Shown here piece by piece: positions 59,842 to 64,000 of a DNA stretch of 64,000 bases. Every line of letters starts with the position of its first letter. Within the stretch, counting starts at the first letter, position 1. A program made the position numbers and the translations under genes. A model generated the notes under the pieces. That model was given only the letters and a program-made list of their open reading frames with translations. It was not told the DNA's origin and did not search any database. Source of the stretch: the human T2T-CHM13v2.0 reference genome, Homo sapiens; the NCBI RefSeq assembly GCF_009914755.1, contig NC_060928.1; one strand, given 5' to 3'.

Positions 59842-61130
59842 AATAAGAGTAATGATAGGATTAAACTGAATTTTTAAAAAAGAACTCTGACAACTGTGTG
59901 CAGAATAGATTGTAGAGAGGCAAGTGTAGAAATGGAAAAATCAGCTTGAAGGTTATTTCATGGTCCAGGTGAAAGATAGGGTGGACTAGGGTGGAAGTAG
60001 TGGAGATGGTGAAAAGTGGACCATTTGGAGTATATTTTGGAGGAGTAGTTGGCAAGAATGCTGTTAAATTGCATATGGGAAATGAGTAAAAAAAAAAAAT
60101 GGTTTATCAGTTTTGGAATGAGCAGATAGGTGAATGGTGGCACCATTTATTGAGGTGAGAAAGACTCGAGTAATAATAGGTTTGAGAAGAAAGCAAAGTT
60201 TTGTTCTGAGACGCATACTCAACATTCAGGTGGTGTCAAGTAAGCAGCTGGATACATAAATCTGGTGGGCTCCACTGAGTTGACTATATATATATTTAAT
60301 ATATATTTAAATTATATATATAATTTAAATTATATACATATAATTTAAATCCTTTTGAATGCATTATATAACATTTATAAGGAGAGGCTGTAGATAAGTT
60401 AGAGAAGATGGCCTGGGTCCCAAAACCTAGAGATTGAGCAGAGGAGGTGAATCTTACAGACAAAACTGAGAGGGCGAGGTAAGAGAATACCCGAAGAGTG
60501 TTATGATCCAGATCCTAAGAGAGGGAAGAGTTACTCCTGCGTATTCCTATAAGTGCAAACCCAGAAGTAACCATTTCACTTGGCAAGGTGGAGGATATTG
60601 TTGACTTTGATGAAAGTTAGTGGAGGACAGGATGAAAAGTCAAAAAGTGGGTGTTGGCAACTATAGAGAAATCTAGTGAGGGGTTTGCTATAAAGAGAAC
60701 ATAAGTTTAGATGAGAGATTTTTTCATTGTTTGTCTGTTTTGCTTTTAATTTTTTTTTTCTACTTTTAAAGGAAGGGGATACAAAGTGCATGGTTGGGAA
60801 TAACCCAGCAGAAAAAATAGTAATTACAAGATCAGGGACTTTGAAGAAAAAGGAAAGAGGGATAGGATTTAGTAGAGGTGACCTTGGCCTTGGTGGGAAG
60901 AGGCTGTTCACTGTAACAAAAGAGGGTAGTGTGGGTGCAGATGCAGGTAGCAGGCAGATTTGTTGGAAAATTAATGAAAATTTCCTCCAGTGGTCTCTAC
61001 ATTTTCAGTAAAATATGAAGCAAGCTGAGAATGAGGAAAGGGAAAATGTGCTGGAGGTTAGAAAAGAGGAGAGGCATAGAATAACCATTTTAGAAAGTGA
61101 GAGAGTAAATATACTAGAAGAATATCGTAG
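59842..61130 (-). mobile_element. L2 fragment
   Basis: GTCCAGGTGAAAGAT…GGTGAATGGTGGCACCATTTATTGAG…CAAGTAAGCAGCTGGATA. Confidence 0.75.
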
Positions 61131-61349
61131 GATTATCAGGCAGTATTGAGTATCCATTGGAAGTCTGTAGTAGTAGGCTCACCCAATATGGCAAGCATCA
61201 CCATTAGACCCAGAGAAGAGCAGTAGCTTGAGACCAGTCCTTTAGAGAGCACTGTTCTGGCCCTTTCTGATATGACCTCTAATGAGACAAAGAATCTATG
61301 AGCTTGAGGGGACATGGCCACCAGGAGCTCTTATCCTCTCCTCCTCTAT

Positions 61350-61842
61350 CTAGATTATGTTCTGTGTACTTGGGATCCTGGGGTCCAAATGACCCTGATC
61401 CTATTTCCAGGGTCCATGTTGGATACTTTTCTGAGTCCTTCCTCCTTTGGGTGGGCTTCCCTGCAGGTGTCTGCACTTTGAGGTCCTCGCTTGCAGGGAT
61501 GTGATGGAACTTGCACATGTAGGCTGGGCTGTCCATGTATGTGTGGAAGGCCCCTCACAGTGTCATGTGCAAGTAAGATGGGAAAGGTCTGGACTGTGAT
61601 TTGAGGGCTGGGGACTTGTTTTCTGGATACCATCACATTTTAGTCAGTGTGAAATTCAAAGAAGTCTGAGAATTCTGTTTGTCCTTGGACTTCCAGGTAA
61701 TTAAGAACATATTTGTCAACATAGGCACATAAAACATGACTATATTTAACAGTTTATTAGCTTGATATATACATTTTCAATATTTAGACATGTGATATGT
61801 AACTCCTCTTGCCCCAGGCTCCAGAATGTTTGGGGTGCACCT
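61350..61842. mobile_element. MER115/Zaphod-type hAT-Tip100 relic
   Basis: TTTAACAGTTTATTAGCTTGAT…ATATTTAGACAT…TCTTGCCCCAGG…AATGTT terminus. Confidence 0.65.
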
Positions 61843-61864
61843 GAGCATGACCAGAGATACATAG

Positions 61865-62062
61865 CAGTGCTGTCCAACCGGACTTTGTGCAACCATGGAA
61901 GTGTTTCTATACAGTACAATACAGTAACCCCTAGCCACATGTGGCTATTGAGGCTTTGAAATGTAGTTAGTGAGACTGAGGAAGTGAACTCTTAATTTCA
62001 TTTAATTTTAATTAAATTTAAATAGCTACATGTGCTTAGTAGTCACCATTTTGGACATGCAG
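61865..62062. mobile_element. MER3 hAT MITE
   Basis: CAGTGCTGTCCAA…TAGCCACATGTGGCTATTGAG…TTGGACA. Confidence 0.85.
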
Positions 62063-63009
62063 ATCTATGGACTTGTCTCTTTTTCCAAGCAGCTTTCTAG
62101 TGATAGAGGCCAATTGGGTTCAGTTCTATCACAATAATGACTCTTTTCCCCTCTGCATGGTCTCACCAGAGCTTGTCAGGTCTCAGAACCCACTGGCCTC
62201 TACCAGGCTCACACCCTGTACTATTCCACCTTGCTGTCCTTTCTTGGTCTGGAAGAACACTTTCAGTCTCCCCAGGGCTTGGATAATTTGAATTCCTGCT
62301 CTATTCCATGCTTTGTTATGGAATAAACTATCCACTAGTTACTACTTCCACTAGAATCTTCCCTTTTACAGCTCAAGATATGTATTTTTTTTTTGTTCTC
62401 AACAAAATAACACTCTGCAAATCAATGACTTTGACTTTCAAAGTGATTGCTTCTGATGAGGACTTCAAGAGTTTATTCTGTGAACTTAAAAAGAATACCC
62501 TGAAAATTGATTGTTCTCTTTTTGATTTTCTATTATAAAAATTCTGACTCCTCAAGGTCGTAAGAATTCTTCTTCACTATCTCCACAAAGGTTCACATAC
62601 AATGTGCTTTCTGAAAAGTATAAAATTTAATATTTCATGACAAAGTATTTCAAACAGAAAGTGACAAAAGTTTTTGTGTGCTTGTACCAGCAATAATACT
62701 CTAAAGATGTCCATCACTGTGATAGGAGAGTGAAGCAGAGGTGACTTAGAATAGAGATGGGAAATGTGGATGAAGCTGGGTATACCCCTTGTGAACCTCC
62801 ACTTTCAGTGGGCACAGGAATGTGTGCTCCTCTCCCATGCTGGAGTATAGGGAAGCCAGTGAACTCACAATAATATGAGATAGACAAAGCTATGAAGGAA
62901 ATAAGTGAAGATTGCTTTAATCCCTCCATTCTTTTTTGAATTGCTCAGATCACATGTGCCACATTTCCAGAACTGCTAGAGTTCTTCTCATTTCTCTGCT
63001 CCTTGACCT

Positions 63010-63662
63010 CAAAGCACTTATAGTATATTTGGGGAGACAGGTACTAAACAATGAATATTTATACAAAAATATAATTAGAAATTGTCCAAGAGCCATAAAT
63101 TGAAAGGAAAGAATGCCACTGGGGAGAATCATGGAGCTGTAGAGGAGAGGCTGAATGTGAAGTGATGTTTCTACAGTGTACGAAAGTTGAGTAGGGATTA
63201 GACAGAGTGGGAGGAAGAGAATTCTAGGGCAAGATCCTGAGGAAGCAAAGGGGCTGGTGTGTTGAGGAAGAGAAAAAAGGACCGTTTGCTTCAGGAAGAC
63301 CGAGTGGTGACAGAGTGATGTGAGAGGCAAGGTTCGAGAGGAGGACAAGGGCTTAGGAATGATTAGAAGCTGGGCTATTATTCTAGGTGCAGTAGAGAAA
63401 CCACCAAAGGGTGTCATGCTGGTGGCAGGGTTACAATGGGATCACATTGACACCTTACAACGATTACTCCGGCTGTTGTGCAGAGAAGAGGATGAGAAGG
63501 TAGGAGGCAAGAGTGAAGGAGGTGAGAGCCCACTTAGGACACCACTGACAGAATAAAGCCAGAGAGGGTCATGTGTGACAGAATAAAGCCAGAGAGGGTC
63601 AGAGTACTGACAATGGAGACCGAGAAAACTTGACAAATTCACAATATATGTTAGGGCAGAGT
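63010..63662 (-). mobile_element. L2 fragment
   Basis: AGCACTTATAGTATATTTGGGGAGACAG…ATTACTCCGGCTGTTGTG. Confidence 0.65.
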
Positions 63663-63679
63663 CTTTCAACCTTGGCCCT

Positions 63680-64000
63680 TGTATTAGTTCGTTTTCATGT
63701 TGCTAATAAAGACATATTCCACTAGACATATTCCACAGTCCATTACAGAGACTGGATAGTTTACAAAGAAAAAGAGGTTTAATGGACTCAGTTCCACATG
63801 GCTAGGGAGGCGTTACAATCATGGCAGAAGGCAAAAGACACATCTTACATCGCAGCAGGCAAAAGACAGAATGAGAACCAAGTGAAAGGAGTTTCCCCTT
63901 ACAAAACTATCCGATGACATGAGACACTACCATGGGAAAAGTATGGGGGAAACCACCCCCATGATTTAATTATTTTCCACTGGGTGCCTCCCACAACACA
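63680..64000 (-). mobile_element. THE1B/C LTR, runs off the window end
   Basis: TGTATTAGTTCGTTTTCATG…GAGGTTTAATGGACTCA…CCCACAACAC. Confidence 0.9.

Noticed and set aside
62950-63417. 155-aa ORF
   Set aside because: Lies within a decayed L2; low-complexity S/L/P composition and no intact domain.

Overview
Primate, almost certainly human, repeat-dense intergenic or intronic DNA. No protein-coding exon, RNA gene, CpG island or CRISPR array can be supported. Every ORF I can recognise is a transposon remnant (L1 ORF1/ORF2, MaLR internal ORF, ERV-L pol, antisense Alu) or microsatellite translation. The window holds a near full-length L1PB-type element, a twin-primed L1PA4/5-like insertion, several truncated or deleted L1s, nine Alu/FLAM copies (one very young, Ya-lineage), a complete MSTA LTR-int-LTR element, many solo LTRs including MLT2A, L2/MIR relics and hAT DNA transposons. 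I found no new multi-gene system. The most interesting signals are: a TSD-bounded L1 with its 5'UTR fused to its 3' end (possibly spliced); a 70-nt pre-miRNA-like hairpin; a fold-back inversion inside an L1PB microsatellite; a short inverted L1 patch apparently copied from its neighbour; and a candidate 12-nt microexon in unique sequence. Subfamily calls are from recalled consensus sequences and boundaries are approximate unless a TSD is quoted.
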